This document shows positions 9,315 through 19,370 of a DNA stretch of 64,000 nucleotides, one piece after another. The stretch spans positions 141,932 through 205,931 of IMG/VR virus record IMGVR_UViG_3300002835_000007; one strand, given 5' to 3'. Each line of letters opens with the position of its first letter. Position 1 is the first letter of the stretch. A program made the translations under genes and the position numbers. The notes beneath the pieces were generated by a model, which saw nothing but the letters and a program-made list of their open reading frames with translations, did no database searches and had not been told where the DNA came from.

Positions 9315-9683
9315 TTATTCTTTTTCTTTTAAAATACCGTAATTATATAATGTATTAAAAGCTATTTTATATCCTAATGAAGTTTTATCTAGAGCTCTTT
9401 CAGCACCTAATGAATCATCGTCAGTATCTTCGGTTGCGTCCATTAATATTTCAATCATAACTCTTAAAATATCGTATTTAGTTGCGTCAATTTCTCTTGG
9501 TCTTTCTCTTTCAACTTCTGTTATTTCAGAACTTAAAACTTTACCATTTTCATCAAGATAAGTTTTAGTTTCTTTTTCAATAATTTTTTTACCAGATTTA
9601 GTTCCGATAGATTTAATTGTGCTTTCTAAAGCATCAACATCGATGTAGTATATGTTACCGCCAAATTCAATCATGTTAATCAA
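9315..9683 (-). CDS. hypothetical protein
   Basis: 122-aa ORF coupled to the upstream gene. Confidence 0.7.
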   Translation of the reverse strand: MINMIEFGGNIYYIDVDALESTIKSIGTKSGKKIIEKETKTYLDENGKVLSSEITEVERERPREIDATKYDILRVMIEILMDATEDTDDDSLGAERALDKTSLGYKIAFNTLYNYGILKEKE

Positions 9684-10281
9684 TTTCTTCGTAATTTGTT
9701 ATTTTAGTATTTAAGATTCTATTTCTTAATTCTTCATTATTAATAAAGTCCAATATTGAATCAATCTCATAATCAGACACAACGTCTTTGTTATAAGAAG
9801 ATTTAACTTTGATACTTATTTTACCGCTTGGTTTTAATTCTAATGTTTTAGGATTAGCTGTGATTAAAACATCTACATCGTCCCATTTTTCATCGTAGTT
9901 TAGAACAAATTTTATGTTTTTAATTCGGCAGCCAGTTTTTGATAAAAAGAAGAAAGTTGAAGGAATGCTTTTTTCCACTTCTCTGCTTATTAAGATAATT
10001 TCATGTTCTCCTTCATCTTCAATATCTGTTAAGAAATTATTGAAATGATTCATTAAACCATCTGACATCTGGTCAGCATGACCAAAAATTTCTAGAGGTG
10101 CTTCTAAATATAGAAACCTATTAAGTTTATTGATGTCATCAAACTTAAAATGTTCAATTAAATTGAAACTGGTAACATCATCATTTGTGATGTCAATTTC
10201 TTCAATATACTTATTATATGTATAAGCAAATTGACCGATAAAATCTCGCAATACCTCGTTTATAGTAATACCTATCTTCAT
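9676..10281 (-). CDS. 5'(3')-deoxyribonucleotidase-like HAD protein with degenerate motif I
   Basis: MKIGITINEVLRD aligns to KxIxIDxDGVLxD; DVLI..NP C-terminus. Confidence 0.6.
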   Translation of the reverse strand: MKIGITINEVLRDFIGQFAYTYNKYIEEIDITNDDVTSFNLIEHFKFDDINKLNRFLYLEAPLEIFGHADQMSDGLMNHFNNFLTDIEDEGEHEIILISREVEKSIPSTFFFLSKTGCRIKNIKFVLNYDEKWDDVDVLITANPKTLELKPSGKISIKVKSSYNKDVVSDYEIDSILDFINNEELRNRILNTKITNYEEID

Positions 10282-10287
10282 GCTACC

Positions 10288-10316
10288 AATTTAATTGATA
10301 GGTGGTGATAAGTAAA
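10288..10316 (-). promoter_or_regulatory. host-type promoter TTTACT-N17-TAAATT, probably giving a leaderless mRNA
   Basis: -10 element ends 6 nt before ATG 10281. Confidence 0.45.
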
Positions 10317-10325
10317 GTTAAAAAT

Positions 10326-11219
10326 TTATTTTTTTGTAAAAAATGATAAAACTTTACCAAAAATACTTTTTTCTTTAATAATCTGAGATTTTGGTGACTC
10401 TGGTTTTACTATTTGTGTTTGTCTGGATTTTTCATCTAACAGTCTTTTTTTTCTATTGTCATATAACTTGATGAAATAAGAAGTCAACCTATGTCTAACA
10501 ACTTCATCAGCATTAAATTCAACGACACCAACACCTTCTTCTGGATTGTTTTTAACGTCTTCAATTAACGCTTCTAACGCACTATCGCTTTCATCTTTTA
10601 AATCTATTTGTCCAGTATCACCCAAAGCAACTACTTTAGTATTTTCAGAAAAACGTGTTAAGAATGTTTTAGAGTTTTTATGTCTAACGTTTTGGTATTC
10701 ATCAATGATAATAATACAGTTAGAAAAAGACCTACCACGAATAGAACCAAACACTTCCATTTTGATGTACCCAGCTTCCATTAATTTGTTAGTAAGTTCT
10801 TCACCAATCAATTTATAAAAAGCATCAAAGTAAGACATCATAATGAATTTAAGTTTGTCTTTTTCATCACCAGGCAGCGTACCCAAATCTTCACCTTTTA
10901 ATTGTTCAACAGACTTAACTAATTTAATTTCACGATAAATTTCTGGATTGTTTTTAAGTAACAATAATGCTTCGGCAACACTTAAAAGTGTTTTACCAGT
11001 GCCAGCTGGACCAGTACAAAAAGTCACGTCATTGGTCTTAATTGAATTGGTTAACTTCTTTTGCGTCTCATTTTTGTGTTTTATATCAATTTTAATTTGA
11101 GATAATAAAACCGTTGGTCCTTTGGTAAAACTTTCGTCTTCTGTTGTAATTTTTTTAGCTCTAGTGCTAGTAGTTCTAGTAGTTCTAGTAGTTTTTGTTG
11201 CAATAGGTTTTTTGTTCAT
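10326..11219 (-). CDS. phoH: PhoH-family ATPase
   Basis: GPAGTGKT, IRGRSF, IIIDEYQN, GDTGQID. Confidence 0.93.
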   Translation of the reverse strand: MNKKPIATKTTRTTRTTSTRAKKITTEDESFTKGPTVLLSQIKIDIKHKNETQKKLTNSIKTNDVTFCTGPAGTGKTLLSVAEALLLLKNNPEIYREIKLVKSVEQLKGEDLGTLPGDEKDKLKFIMMSYFDAFYKLIGEELTNKLMEAGYIKMEVFGSIRGRSFSNCIIIIDEYQNVRHKNSKTFLTRFSENTKVVALGDTGQIDLKDESDSALEALIEDVKNNPEEGVGVVEFNADEVVRHRLTSYFIKLYDNRKKRLLDEKSRQTQIVKPESPKSQIIKEKSIFGKVLSFFTKK

Positions 11220-11232
11220 ATATAACTTTATT

Positions 11233-11280
11233 ATAAATATCTTCTAATTTAATATTAGTTAAAAATTTTAACTTTGTCAA
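11233..11280 (-). promoter_or_regulatory. tandem host-type (TTGACA-N17-TAATAT, 11252-11280) and late-type (ATATTTAT, 11233-11240) promoters for phoH
   Basis: Both motifs read directly in the intergenic region. Confidence 0.6.
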
Positions 11281-11282
11281 TC

Positions 11283-11726
11283 TTATTTATAATTTTCAAC
11301 AACATCACTACAAACACCAATAGCTGAAGAAACATCTTCATTATGTAGCTCTGGCATAACAGCAATGCTATTTCTTATTGGTTGTTTATTTGGAAAAGCC
11401 CATATGTAATTAAGGCTTGTTAATGTAACGGTATCATTTTCATGCCAAAAATAATTAAAAGGAAAGAATTCAAAATTAGCATTGAAATAGGTCATCGCTT
11501 CTATGTTTTTACAGTGAATCCATAATTTTGAAATCCTATCTCGAAACCATCTAAAATCAACACCATATTGTGGTTCATCATGACCTAACCAGAAAATATT
11601 GTCTTTGTACCAAACATCAACTTCAACATCATAACCTTTGGATATTGCTAAGTCAATGTAAGTTGGTTCGTTCTCCCAACTCTCCATTTTTCCATTTATG
11701 TTACCTCTATGTGATATTAACTTCAT
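11283..11726 (-). CDS. glycerophosphodiester phosphodiesterase (GDPD/PLC-like) protein
   Basis: True start probably MKLISHRGN at 11726 (ATGA overlap); HRG, EN, GYDVEVDVW, LGHD. Confidence 0.8.
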   Translation of the reverse strand: MKLISHRGNINGKMESWENEPTYIDLAISKGYDVEVDVWYKDNIFWLGHDEPQYGVDFRWFRDRISKLWIHCKNIEAMTYFNANFEFFPFNYFWHENDTVTLTSLNYIWAFPNKQPIRNSIAVMPELHNEDVSSAIGVCSDVVENYK

Positions 11727-12367
11727 ATTAAATTCTTTTCTGAAAATGATTCTAAAATAAGCGGCATTGATGTTTGGCTCAAATGCATATGTGAACCTTC
11801 CCAATTATCCAAATATTCTGGTTTAGTTATTTTATTTTCACCTATCATTTTATAAAATATTGTTACAAATTCAATACCATTTTGGTTACACAATTCTTCT
11901 AAGTATCTGTTAAATTCTTCAGTAACTAAGTTTCTTTCTAAACAAGTACCAAATGAAGGTCCGCCAGTATATTGTTTTGACTCATGCCATGACGCAATTG
12001 GACCCCATGCGATAACTTTAAGACCAGCTTCTTTATATCTTAATAAAACACTAAAATATCTATCAACGCATTCTTTAACTATTTCATTAACAGTTTTAGT
12101 TTGCGATTCCATTTGTTTAATTAAATGAGCTCTAATATCAACTTCACCAAAACAAAATAAAACATAATCATTATCAATATTAACATTATAATTAATTATT
12201 TCATCAATTACTGGCATTTTATTTTCAAGTTGGTAAGCGGTTGCTGGCCCAATTCTGTAACTTTTAAAAAATGGAGTTATGTCATCAGACCTTTGTGGCC
12301 ATATTGGTTGCATTTCTTCTTTACCACTGAAAACAGCAGAGTGACTATCACCTATACAATGTATCAT
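11723..12367 (-). CDS. SGNH/GDSL hydrolase or O-acyltransferase family protein
   Basis: IGDSHS block I; GEVD; D-x-x-x-x-H-L-S C-terminal block. Confidence 0.75.
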   Translation of the reverse strand: MIHCIGDSHSAVFSGKEEMQPIWPQRSDDITPFFKSYRIGPATAYQLENKMPVIDEIINYNVNIDNDYVLFCFGEVDIRAHLIKQMESQTKTVNEIVKECVDRYFSVLLRYKEAGLKVIAWGPIASWHESKQYTGGPSFGTCLERNLVTEEFNRYLEELCNQNGIEFVTIFYKMIGENKITKPEYLDNWEGSHMHLSQTSMPLILESFSEKNLI

Positions 12368-13331
12368 AATTCATAATGTTTTTACTTAAATTGTTATAAA
12401 AATTAATTTCATCTTGTTCACCATTTTCACCACCAATAGCCCATGGGTTTTGATTAGCATAAACAGTATTAAACATAGGGTGAATACCAAATCCATTTTT
12501 AACAAATAAAAACTTTTTATTGTTATCCCTTTTGTATTTATTTAACGCTATTTCATCGTATGCGTCCACTGTTGGTTGTGATAATATATTAACCCATTCA
12601 GATGTTTTTATAAAAAACATACTATTAGTGAAATATGGTGAATGGATTTCAAATAATTCATAATTATTATCGGAAGTGAATTTATCAATATTTTTTAAAA
12701 TATAGTTATTAATTTCCATCTGAGCTTCATATGAAATCCTAAGTGGGTGAATACCTTTTGTAATAGTGTTTAATGAATTTAAACCTTCGTAAAACTTATT
12801 ATAATCCCATTCAGTAGCGTTTATTGTAAACTGATTCAAAGGTGTGTAGTCTACATTCCATAAACCATTTGGCATTGGTCTGTTTAAAAAATGTTTATAA
12901 ACAATATCTCTAACTGATAAATCATCAATAAAATCATTAATAAAAAAATCACATGATGGAATATTATTAGACATAGTTGGTGATAAAGTTAATACTTCAT
13001 CATTGTTTAACATATCAACATTTTCAATTAGGTAATCCCAAACATAATTGTTAATAAAACAATCTTCATCTAATTTAACTGAATATTCAGTATCAGTTGA
13101 AATAGCAATTCTTATTTTATTTAAGTAATTATGATGTCCGTTAATTACATGTATTGTATATTCAATACCTAAACTATCACATTTATTAACCCAATCATTG
13201 TCATGGGTTGCTAAAACATTTAATTTTAATTTTAGTTTATTTTCTGGTTTTATTTTAGATAAAAAATAGAACATTAAATTTGAGTAATCTAATCTATTGT
13301 GTGATAAATAATTTATAGTTATTGTTTTCAT
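12348..13331 (-). CDS. putative glycosyltransferase (GT-A-like)
   Basis: YSVKLDEDCFI DxD motif; glycan-island context. Confidence 0.6.
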   Translation of the reverse strand: MKTITINYLSHNRLDYSNLMFYFLSKIKPENKLKLKLNVLATHDNDWVNKCDSLGIEYTIHVINGHHNYLNKIRIAISTDTEYSVKLDEDCFINNYVWDYLIENVDMLNNDEVLTLSPTMSNNIPSCDFFINDFIDDLSVRDIVYKHFLNRPMPNGLWNVDYTPLNQFTINATEWDYNKFYEGLNSLNTITKGIHPLRISYEAQMEINNYILKNIDKFTSDNNYELFEIHSPYFTNSMFFIKTSEWVNILSQPTVDAYDEIALNKYKRDNNKKFLFVKNGFGIHPMFNTVYANQNPWAIGGENGEQDEINFYNNLSKNIMNYDTLYR

Positions 13332-14119
13332 TTCATATAATTTTGTCTAATGAATTGTTTTAATTCACAATTTTTATGGTAATTAACTCTTTTAACAGAG
13401 AAATAACCTTGATTGAATTTTTCAACAATTTGATTTATTGTAATTACCCAATTATAATTAGGTTTATTTGATGGGTCGTAAGTACCAAAGTAAGGTGGAA
13501 ACTCCCATTGTTGTCCGCTAAGTAAAATCATATAAGGTAGAAAAATATTTATCATATCATCATTAGGGTAATATTCTAAACATTTGTCTAAATGCTGCTT
13601 AGCCAATAACATAACTTCTTTTGTTACTGTCATACATTCCCAATTAGCACTCATAGGTAATTCTATATTATATTCAAGATATAAATTTTTAGGGTCCCAA
13701 CGACCATATGGTTGCTGTAATGGAAACCCTACAATAGTTTTGTCTGAGTCTTTTCCGTTATATGATGAAACCCAATCTTCAGTATTTAAAAATTGTGCAT
13801 AATTAACACCTTTTTCAAAGTTAATTCCATTTATAAAGTATTGGTTAGCTGAAACTAAACAGAAGTGTTCAAAACTATTTATTTCATCTTCACTTATATT
13901 TCTAATTAAATCAATCAACGCACCAAAAATAAAGTTAGAATGATTTAAAGGACCAAGCATATGACGCATTCTAATTTTAGGGTGGTCTAATGTTGGGTGA
14001 TTAATCATGAAATCACAATTATCATGGAAATAAGATATGTTATCTATCATATCATCAACATCTTCAATCGTGTGTGTTGTTGAGTGAGCAAATATTATAA
14101 ACGCTGTTTTAGATTTCAT
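13328..14119 (-). CDS. putative glycosyltransferase (core-2/GT14-like)
   Basis: AFIIFAH N-terminus; FEHFCLVSANQYFI; WEC. Confidence 0.5.
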   Translation of the reverse strand: MKSKTAFIIFAHSTTHTIEDVDDMIDNISYFHDNCDFMINHPTLDHPKIRMRHMLGPLNHSNFIFGALIDLIRNISEDEINSFEHFCLVSANQYFINGINFEKGVNYAQFLNTEDWVSSYNGKDSDKTIVGFPLQQPYGRWDPKNLYLEYNIELPMSANWECMTVTKEVMLLAKQHLDKCLEYYPNDDMINIFLPYMILLSGQQWEFPPYFGTYDPSNKPNYNWVITINQIVEKFNQGYFSVKRVNYHKNCELKQFIRQNYMK

Positions 14120-15107
14120 TTATAGTTTTAATTAATTCATCAATTCTGTTGTATATTGCTTGTTGCACTTCAGAATCTAAATTGTTATAATTCAATTTAT
14201 TTTTAAGTTCAATAAATCTAGGTTCAGAGAAAACATAATGACCACTTATGTTTATGATTTCTTCTTTGTTATCTTCTGGTATAAAATCAGAGTCAACCCA
14301 TTTTACCCATCTTTTTGATTCATAACAAATCTCATAAAATTCATCTAGTAATTCTATATGATTAGTTTTAATTATGTTTAAAATAATTTTTGTTTCTATT
14401 TGTCCAAATTCTGGGGCAATATTGATACAGTTTAACCCATTATTAAATTTCGATTTAACTAATTCATTTGTTAGGTAATCACCATTATGTTCTTTTGAAA
14501 TCATGCCATGATTTTTGGCAACTTTAACCATTTCAATTAATCTATCTTGATTGAAACTACCAATATTTGTGTTACCTTTTAATGCTGTTCCAGATTGGAT
14601 TACAGCGTATTTAATTTGACCATATATGTCTAATGGTAGTAATTCTTTTAAGTCTTCTAAAAGATTGTTTAATTCTACTTCATTTGTTGGTCTGATTGCT
14701 TCTTCAGTTCCAACCTCAAATAACATGTTTGGATTTAATCTATAACCTTTTAAAATAAATTCAACTGTGGCTAATAACCCATCACGGTATTCTTTATGTT
14801 TTTTCCAAACATCAACATGTATAATGTCGAAATATTTGCAATCTTCAATAAAAGAATCCATACCGTCATCTTCACTATATCCTTGTGATGGACCAGAATG
14901 GTCTCTTACTAATAAGATTTTATTAGATTTGCTTCTTACGTATTCGCAGAAGTCTTTAGTTGTCCAATTGTTAACATAACCACCATTAAACTCTACTTGT
15001 CTTCTAGATGGTATTAATCCAATTTCAACGTTATTTTCATTTGAGTAATTAATAATTGCGTCAACAATATTTTTACTCATCGGTCCTATAAATATTTTTG
15101 GTTTCAT
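14109..15107 (-). CDS. GatZ/KbaZ-like TIM-barrel (tagatose-6-P epimerase/aldolase-like)
   Basis: SRRQV, RDHSGP (cf. GGDHLGP), IHVD, FEVGTEE, KEHNGDY, INIAPEFG. Confidence 0.7.
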   Translation of the reverse strand: MKPKIFIGPMSKNIVDAIINYSNENNVEIGLIPSRRQVEFNGGYVNNWTTKDFCEYVRSKSNKILLVRDHSGPSQGYSEDDGMDSFIEDCKYFDIIHVDVWKKHKEYRDGLLATVEFILKGYRLNPNMLFEVGTEEAIRPTNEVELNNLLEDLKELLPLDIYGQIKYAVIQSGTALKGNTNIGSFNQDRLIEMVKVAKNHGMISKEHNGDYLTNELVKSKFNNGLNCINIAPEFGQIETKIILNIIKTNHIELLDEFYEICYESKRWVKWVDSDFIPEDNKEEIINISGHYVFSEPRFIELKNKLNYNNLDSEVQQAIYNRIDELIKTINEI

Positions 15108-15119
15108 ACACCAAATATA

Positions 15120-16670
15120 TTATTTATAAAACACTTTGTAAAGATTAAAGCGACCAAAATAATATAAAAACTCACCCATCTTGTAATCATGTAATGGCGA
15201 CATGTTTAACCATATGATTGCTGTCAGTGTTTGAACCTTTTTTAAATCTAACCCATTGTCAAAAATCCACTTATGTAACTTTTCTCTACAATTAGTTAAA
15301 ATATCACTTCTTAAAATATCGCATTTAATACCGTTTGATGATTTTTTAACTGAGAATAATTCTTGATGGACAATATCGTGATTGAATAATAAATTGTGAT
15401 TTAATTTAGCTAAATCATAATAGATGTCACCATTTTTTAAATCACCTCCAAAGTCTTGTCTCCAATCTAATAACACAAATTCACGATTACCTTTATAAAT
15501 AATATTATCTAAAATGTAATCACCATGAAATTGATAATAAGTGTCTGAACATAACCAGTTTTCATTTATTTCTTTTATCATATCAATAACTGGTGGTACT
15601 ACCATACCATTGATGGTAATCTCTTCATCACTTATTTTATTATCATTAAATAATTTTTGTAATCGTTCATAAGTTTTATCAAAATAAAACTTTTTAGTTA
15701 TTTCTTTAAAGTCTTCAGACTGACCATGTTTAACCCATAGGTTGTTTTTACTCCAATCTAAAAAATCTTCAAAAATAATTTCATTTACTGACGTTGCTAA
15801 TAAATCACCAGCAGCATATTCGTATTTGTAAAAATTATCTTTACTGTCAATCAATTTAGGTGTTAACCCAGATAGTTGTTTACATCGTTCAACTCTGTTA
15901 GCACAAACTGTTTTATTATAGAAAAATTTAATAACGAAATCATTAAATAAAAAGATTGATTCATCTACTTTATCTAACAATTCAAATTTGTCGTATATAA
16001 CTTCTCTAGCGTGTTTTAATTCAAATACATTACCTATGTCTAACCAATTGAAATATTCTTTTGTTTCCCATTTAATATTCATTCGATTGATTGCGTGACA
16101 ATCGCTTAATGTTGTATCGCTAGTATCTGCTTCATATTCCTCTTGTAATGAATCCCAAAACAATTTATAATCTTTTATACCAGCAAGTCCAATATAAGCA
16201 AATTTAGAGGTTAAATCTCCTTTGTCATTTATCATTCTATTAGGAATAAAAGATAAAGTTCTATATTGTGAATTGTTTTCTTTGAATTGACAAGCCAACC
16301 AGTTTTCTGTTGGTTCTTTAATTTCTTCAGTTATTATAGTATCTGCTGCATGAAATATAAATGGACATTGTAATTCATTTTTAGCTTTTAACATTGAGTA
16401 ACCAAGAGATGAACCTTCACCTTCATATTTATCAACTTCGATAAATGTAATTTTTCTTTCTGGATAAGCTAGTGTTAAAAAATCTTTAACTTGTTCTCCA
16501 AAATAACCAACAGTTACAACTAATTCAACTTCTTTAGGGTATGCTTCTACGATATATGATATCGCTGGTTTTTTACCAACTCTAACTAAACATTTATTAG
16601 TGTATTTAGTTAAATCACCTAATCTAGAACCAACACCACTAGTGGTTATTAAAACTTTATACTCGACCAT
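15120..16670 (-). CDS. nucleotidyltransferase fused to kinase-like (APH/choline-kinase) domain
   Basis: SGVGSRLG..TNKCL, HAADT, WLDIG; C-terminal HGDYILDNI, DWR, YDLAKL. Confidence 0.85.
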   Translation of the reverse strand: MVEYKVLITTSGVGSRLGDLTKYTNKCLVRVGKKPAISYIVEAYPKEVELVVTVGYFGEQVKDFLTLAYPERKITFIEVDKYEGEGSSLGYSMLKAKNELQCPFIFHAADTIITEEIKEPTENWLACQFKENNSQYRTLSFIPNRMINDKGDLTSKFAYIGLAGIKDYKLFWDSLQEEYEADTSDTTLSDCHAINRMNIKWETKEYFNWLDIGNVFELKHAREVIYDKFELLDKVDESIFLFNDFVIKFFYNKTVCANRVERCKQLSGLTPKLIDSKDNFYKYEYAAGDLLATSVNEIIFEDFLDWSKNNLWVKHGQSEDFKEITKKFYFDKTYERLQKLFNDNKISDEEITINGMVVPPVIDMIKEINENWLCSDTYYQFHGDYILDNIIYKGNREFVLLDWRQDFGGDLKNGDIYYDLAKLNHNLLFNHDIVHQELFSVKKSSNGIKCDILRSDILTNCREKLHKWIFDNGLDLKKVQTLTAIIWLNMSPLHDYKMGEFLYYFGRFNLYKVFYK

Positions 16671-17010
16671 ATTTATCTTCTATTCTAATAACGTCATCTA
16701 GAAAATTTGTAGAACTTTCTAAATACAAACTGTCAACGATTGCCGACATTCTATGAACTACAAATGGTTCAATTGTGTAATACTCACCTTCATTTAAAAT
16801 CATTTCAGTTAAGGTGTCTTTGTCTGGGCCAATTTCAAATTTAATTTGACCTTTTAAAACATAAAAAGATTCATGTTTTTTTTCATGGTACTGTAAGCTG
16901 CAACTATTTCCAGCTGTCATGAATAATTCTTTAACTACGTAATTTTCATTAACTTCAATCCATTTTTCCCATCCCCATGGTTTATCAACTTTTGTAACTT
17001 CTTTTTTCAT
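16657..17010 (-). CDS. cupin (mannose-6-P-isomerase C-terminal-like)
   Basis: KPWG, SLQYHEKKHESFYVLKG, HRM. Confidence 0.85.
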   Translation of the reverse strand: MKKEVTKVDKPWGWEKWIEVNENYVVKELFMTAGNSCSLQYHEKKHESFYVLKGQIKFEIGPDKDTLTEMILNEGEYYTIEPFVVHRMSAIVDSLYLESSTNFLDDVIRIEDKYGRV

Positions 17011-17011
17011 A

Positions 17012-17371
17012 TTATAAATCTTTTATTGAATTAATACCTTCATTTCTTTTAAGGTTTATGGCTATTGCTGTGTCATATTCTTTGTCTTTTTTTCTATCAT
17101 TGACAACGACTCTAATTCCACCTCCTAGACCCATTATCAATTGGTCATAAAAGATACCTAACTCAGCTAATTGTTTAACGGTTATATCTCTAACACCTTC
17201 ACGTCTTCCAGTTGTTAAAATAATGTTATAACCTTTTCTATCCCATTCGGATAACTTTTCTAAAGTACCATCTAAAAGTCTAGGTGTTTTAGTAAATTGC
17301 TCTGCAATGTTTTCGGAATGCTCAATGAGTGTTCCGTCAATGTCTAAAAAAATTGTTTTTGGTCTATTCAT
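17012..17371 (-). CDS. HAD phosphatase (capsule-biosynthesis phosphatase-like)
   Basis: IFLDIDGTL, TTGR, YDQLIMG, ND. Confidence 0.85.
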   Translation of the reverse strand: MNRPKTIFLDIDGTLIEHSENIAEQFTKTPRLLDGTLEKLSEWDRKGYNIILTTGRREGVRDITVKQLAELGIFYDQLIMGLGGGIRVVVNDRKKDKEYDTAIAINLKRNEGINSIKDL

Positions 17372-17387
17372 AATTTTATTTTTTTAA

Positions 17388-18080
17388 TTATAATCTGTTT
17401 TTGTCAACATGTGAAGCATAAAATTTTTCTACTGGAAATTGCCAATCTGTTTTGTGTGGTGGTAACCCAGATTTTCCACTAGGGCTTTCGTTAAAAAGTA
17501 CATCACCAAATAAAGAGCATTGTGTTAAATCATAGCCTTGTTCTTCAAAAAAGAAACCATAACAACCTTCACAATAACCAGTTTCTGCTTTATTATTTGG
17601 TAAAAATTTATTAGCCCCCATTTCTAGCATTCTTTTCATTACTTTATTTTTACAGAAAAAAATAGGACCATAACAACCGCTACCTTCATTAAGATAATTA
17701 TACTCAGATTCTAATGTTATTCTTTCACCCCATGTATTAAAATTACCTAACACTCTGTCAAAATTCATTAAAGTTACTAAATCACGTTCTTTAAGATAAT
17801 CTAAATTAGCTTTAACTCTCATTGAATCATGCAAGAAGAAATAAAATTCTTCATTAGGGTATTTGTTGTAAGCATGCCAATAAGCACCTACCATCCAATT
17901 ATTATTATTTACGTCTTCAATTATAACATCATATTCTTTTAATATTTCAAAATATGATTTATCGTTTGAATCACTATCAACAACAACTATCTTTTCAGTT
18001 GGATGATAGGTTCTAATATCTTTAACTAATTGAATAATAAAAGGAAAATTTGGATTATATTTGCATGGTATAACAAACAT
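17388..18080 (-). CDS. putative glycosyltransferase (GT-A-like)
   Basis: FVIPC, VVVDSDS, FFLHDSM, ER-like ETG..EG. Confidence 0.6.
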   Translation of the reverse strand: MFVIPCKYNPNFPFIIQLVKDIRTYHPTEKIVVVDSDSNDKSYFEILKEYDVIIEDVNNNNWMVGAYWHAYNKYPNEEFYFFLHDSMRVKANLDYLKERDLVTLMNFDRVLGNFNTWGERITLESEYNYLNEGSGCYGPIFFCKNKVMKRMLEMGANKFLPNNKAETGYCEGCYGFFFEEQGYDLTQCSLFGDVLFNESPSGKSGLPPHKTDWQFPVEKFYASHVDKNRL

Positions 18081-18736
18081 TATAAATAATTTTTTTCTTC
18101 ATATCTATGTAAATGTCTTTCATAGACGTTTATGTTTGAGTTGTGTGCTGATTTGTTCTCACCGTCAACCATCATTAACCAAAATTCAGCATTATGTCTA
18201 ATTGTTAAAATTGCTTTAGCATCTGCTTTTGAAATTTCATCAATTAATGGTAGTTTTTTAATATGGTTTGAGTTAGCCCACCAGAAATTACCAGAATAAT
18301 GTTTTGTTGGTTCTGTAACTAAATCAACACCATATGTGTCATAATTTTCTAATTCTTTTACCGCTTGTTCATGCTGCTCAACATTAAAGTATAACATGTA
18401 CTTACGCCAATCAATTATACATTCATTATTAGGCCATGTAACACCTTTTGTATGAACATATAAAATTTTATCATTAGTTATTGTGTTTTTACAATGTGTT
18501 TCTATTTGTTTCAACGTATAGAACTCACCAATATTAATATCCGATATTTGGTTAATTTTTAGATTCCAATTTGTTGGGATGTTTAATTCACCATTACCTA
18601 CAACACATACATTTATAGAATCTGCTGTGTTAATTAAATTTGTTTTTGTTAATGACTCAAATATTTCATTGACAACTTCTTGGTAGTTACCAATAGTTGC
18701 AACATGAACAAATACTATTATCTTATCCTTTAACAT
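18080..18736 (-). CDS. putative glycosyltransferase-like protein
   Basis: Probable start MLKDK at 18736; LYVHTKG, WRKYM, HYSGNFWW motifs of a virus-associated family. Confidence 0.55.
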   Translation of the reverse strand: MLKDKIIVFVHVATIGNYQEVVNEIFESLTKTNLINTADSINVCVVGNGELNIPTNWNLKINQISDINIGEFYTLKQIETHCKNTITNDKILYVHTKGVTWPNNECIIDWRKYMLYFNVEQHEQAVKELENYDTYGVDLVTEPTKHYSGNFWWANSNHIKKLPLIDEISKADAKAILTIRHNAEFWLMMVDGENKSAHNSNINVYERHLHRYEEKNYL

Positions 18737-19367
18737 AACGATATACAGAAATTCCTTTTTTATAAATTGTTTCGCTAATAAAGTCTTTTTCATGTTTTAA
18801 TTCAGTAATTAACCCATTTTTTAATTTTCTATCAAATTCATCTGAACCAACATTAACAACTGTGTCATGGTAAATTACATAAGCGTTATCATCTAAAAAA
18901 GGTAATACTAATTCAGTATCTAATTTAATCCCATGTTCTGTATGGTCACCATCAATAAAAACCATTTGGAATTTAATATTTAAGCTTTCTAACCACTTTC
19001 TTGCTTCTTCTGAATGACTATCACCAAAAAAACTTTTTAATTCACCAGAGTTCTTTAAATGATTAAAATTATTATCTCTAGCGTTAGGGTTGCCATCATA
19101 ACTAATCGATGGATGTACATTTAAATCCATTACATAAACATCTTTAATTTTTAAAAAGTCAGTAAAGATTCTAGTGTTCCCACCAGCAGCAACACCTATT
19201 TCTAGGAAATTATTAATTTCAGAGTTTTGATAAGTGTTTAAAAACTCTGTTATTTCTTCTGGACATTGTTGTAATTCATAACCTCCTTTGAAGTTCCCTC
19301 CAAATACTTCTACGCTGTCTGAACCAGCGTTTAATACGAAATCTAATATTTCTTCTTTTGTTCTCAT
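18723..19367 (-). CDS. class I SAM methyltransferase (Methyltransf_24-like)
   Basis: FLEIGVAAGG, GDS, VFIDGDH, YHD. Confidence 0.85.
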   Translation of the reverse strand: MRTKEEILDFVLNAGSDSVEVFGGNFKGGYELQQCPEEITEFLNTYQNSEINNFLEIGVAAGGNTRIFTDFLKIKDVYVMDLNVHPSISYDGNPNARDNNFNHLKNSGELKSFFGDSHSEEARKWLESLNIKFQMVFIDGDHTEHGIKLDTELVLPFLDDNAYVIYHDTVVNVGSDEFDRKLKNGLITELKHEKDFISETIYKKGISVYRYVKG

Positions 19368-19370
19368 ATT

